Source: Promethearchaeota archaeon
GTDB lineage: Archaea; Asgardarchaeota; Lokiarchaeia; Sigyniarchaeales; SOKP01
Assembly: GCA_048939015.1 (NCBI GenBank)
Contig: JBHLPW010000008.1
Location: 1 to 18,486 of the forward strand
DNA: 18,486 nt
Reading direction: 5' to 3'
The position numbers were made by a program, and so were the translations under genes. Every line of letters starts with the position of its first letter. The first letter of the stretch is position 1. Shown here piece by piece: positions 17,197 through 18,486 of the stretch. The notes under the pieces are model-generated. The model was not told the DNA's origin, did no database searches, and saw nothing but the letters and a program-made list of their open reading frames with translations.

Positions 17197-18291
17197 GTGA
17201 CTATGAAAACCTTTAAAGATTTAATAGAGGAAGTTCATAAAAAGGGTATTTGTCAAGAATGTGGAGGGTGTGTAAGTTTTTGTAATGCTCTTGATAAGGA
17301 AATTATTGGATTTAAAACCTCCAGTGGCCCGCCTGAATACATAAATGAAGATCAATGCCTTGAATGTGGTATATGTTATGCAATATGCCCACAAACACAT
17401 GTATTAGATGATGACCTTAACGAAATTTACAACTTTTCAGATATCTCTTCAATGCCAATTGGTCATTTTAGAAATATTTATATTTGCCAAACAAACGATG
17501 AAGAATTTTTAAAATATGGAACTGATGGAGGAGTTGTAAATACATTATTGAACTTTTTGTTAGAAAAGAAAATGATTGACGGTGCGATCGTTGCCAAAAC
17601 TAAGGCTGCTTTTTCTAGAGAGGCGAATATCGCAAAAAGTAAAGAGGATTTAATTGATTCTTCAGGAGTTAAATTAGATTTACACCATCAAGTAACAGAA
17701 ATCCAAAAATTCCATACTTATACCAGTTCCATACAAGAATTAAAAAAAGTAAAGTTTGATAAGCTAGCAGTTGTTGGAACTCCATGTCAAATATACACTA
17801 TTAGATGTATGCAAGATTTGGGTATAATTCCGTCGCAAAATATTGACTTATGTATAGGATTATTTTGCTATGAAAACTTCTTTTTTGATAAAGTGAAAGG
17901 AGAACAATTTGAAAAGGACTTTAAGGTTGAATTCGATGATATTGTAAAACTCAATATCAAGGAAGATTTAATTATTAAAGTAAAAGATGGCAAAACAATT
18001 CATATTCCCTTTAAAAAACTAAACAATTATATGAGATCGGCATGTAATGCGTGTAATGATTTTACTAATATTTATGCTGATATAAGCTTTGGTGGGTTAG
18101 GTTCTCCTGATAAATTTACAACAGTAATTACTCGTACAAAGAAAGGAGATGACATTTTCAACAAGGCACTTAAAACTGAAGTAATAAAATCTGTAAAAAT
18201 TGAAAAAGATCGGTTAAAAGAAATAAAAGATCTGCTCTCGAAATACTCTAAGCAAAAAATAGTGCGAAAGGAATCTTTTATGAATCAGTAA
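17197..18291 (+). CDS. Coenzyme F420 hydrogenase/dehydrogenase beta-subunit family (FrhB/FdhB/FpoF-like) protein with N-terminal 2x[4Fe-4S] ferredoxin domain
   Basis: CQECGGCVSFC and CLECGICYAICP ferredoxin motifs; TDGGVV, VGTPCQ, IGLFC, CNAC..DISFG FrhB-family motifs. Start GTG 17197 or ATG 17203. Confidence 0.92.
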   Translation: MTMKTFKDLIEEVHKKGICQECGGCVSFCNALDKEIIGFKTSSGPPEYINEDQCLECGICYAICPQTHVLDDDLNEIYNFSDISSMPIGHFRNIYICQTNDEEFLKYGTDGGVVNTLLNFLLEKKMIDGAIVAKTKAAFSREANIAKSKEDLIDSSGVKLDLHHQVTEIQKFHTYTSSIQELKKVKFDKLAVVGTPCQIYTIRCMQDLGIIPSQNIDLCIGLFCYENFFFDKVKGEQFEKDFKVEFDDIVKLNIKEDLIIKVKDGKTIHIPFKKLNNYMRSACNACNDFTNIYADISFGGLGSPDKFTTVITRTKKGDDIFNKALKTEVIKSVKIEKDRLKEIKDLLSKYSKQKIVRKESFMNQ

Positions 18292-18324
18292 TAAATAAGA
18301 GTAAATTTGAAGTTTGAATATTAA

Positions 18325-18477
18325 TTACTTACTATATTTTTTATTCCATTCTGCTTGCTTCTTTGCAGGATCATCTCTCATTTCGCACTTATGATGAATC
18401 AAATCTTGATTTTCAAAAGCTTGATCTAATAGATCATCTATATCATCTTCAGGTTCTTTCTTTTTCTTCTCTGACAT
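18325..18477 (-). CDS. Small charged hypothetical protein (50 aa); the frame stays open to the window edge, so it may be the end of a longer gene
   Basis: Not in the ORF track. MSEKKKKEPEDDIDDLLDQAFENQDLIHHKCEMRDDPAKKQAEWNKKYSK*, protein-like composition, ends convergently 33 nt from the FrhB-like stop. Confidence 0.65.
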   Translation of the reverse strand: MSEKKKKEPEDDIDDLLDQAFENQDLIHHKCEMRDDPAKKQAEWNKKYSK

Positions 18478-18486
18478 AATTCTTTT

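Noticed and set aside
1-18486. CRISPR arrays, tRNA/rRNA, transposases, integrases, reverse transcriptase/DGR
   Set aside because: No regularly spaced direct repeats, GC-rich RNA genes or matching protein motifs were seen; repeated DNA is explained by MDR paralogy and the internal duplication at 7829-8179.

Overview
AT-rich archaeal DNA, most likely from an Asgard (Lokiarchaeia-like) genome. This is an inference from a longin-like domain in a giant membrane protein, a tandem Lrp/AsnC regulator, an F420-binding FrhB-family protein and GGAGG/GGTGA ribosome-binding sites. The left half (1-9200) is a patchwork accessory region. It holds a minus-strand run of ABC-2 exporter (ATPase + permease), a small membrane protein, a DUF4386-like membrane protein and at least four tandem zinc-independent medium-chain reductase (MDR) paralogs. 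One paralog appears to start at ATA, and a 16-codon scar of a fifth copy is visible. A hairpin-dense divergent intergenic region follows, then a C_GCAxxG_C_C redox protein, a flavodoxin, an internally duplicated 4-TM protein and a DUF998 protein. The right half has a 1927-aa receptor-like surface protein (sequon-rich jelly-roll/Ig-like ectodomain, one C-proximal TM helix, cytoplasmic longin-like domain and two winged-helix-like domains). After it come an ECF S-component-like gene with a 5-Cys microprotein, divergent from a double Lrp regulator and a stand-alone ferredoxin-FrhB (FpoF-like) gene, and a small acidic/basic ORF at the right edge. No rRNA, tRNA, CRISPR array or transposase was recognised. 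All domain calls are by-eye motif recognition, not database searches.
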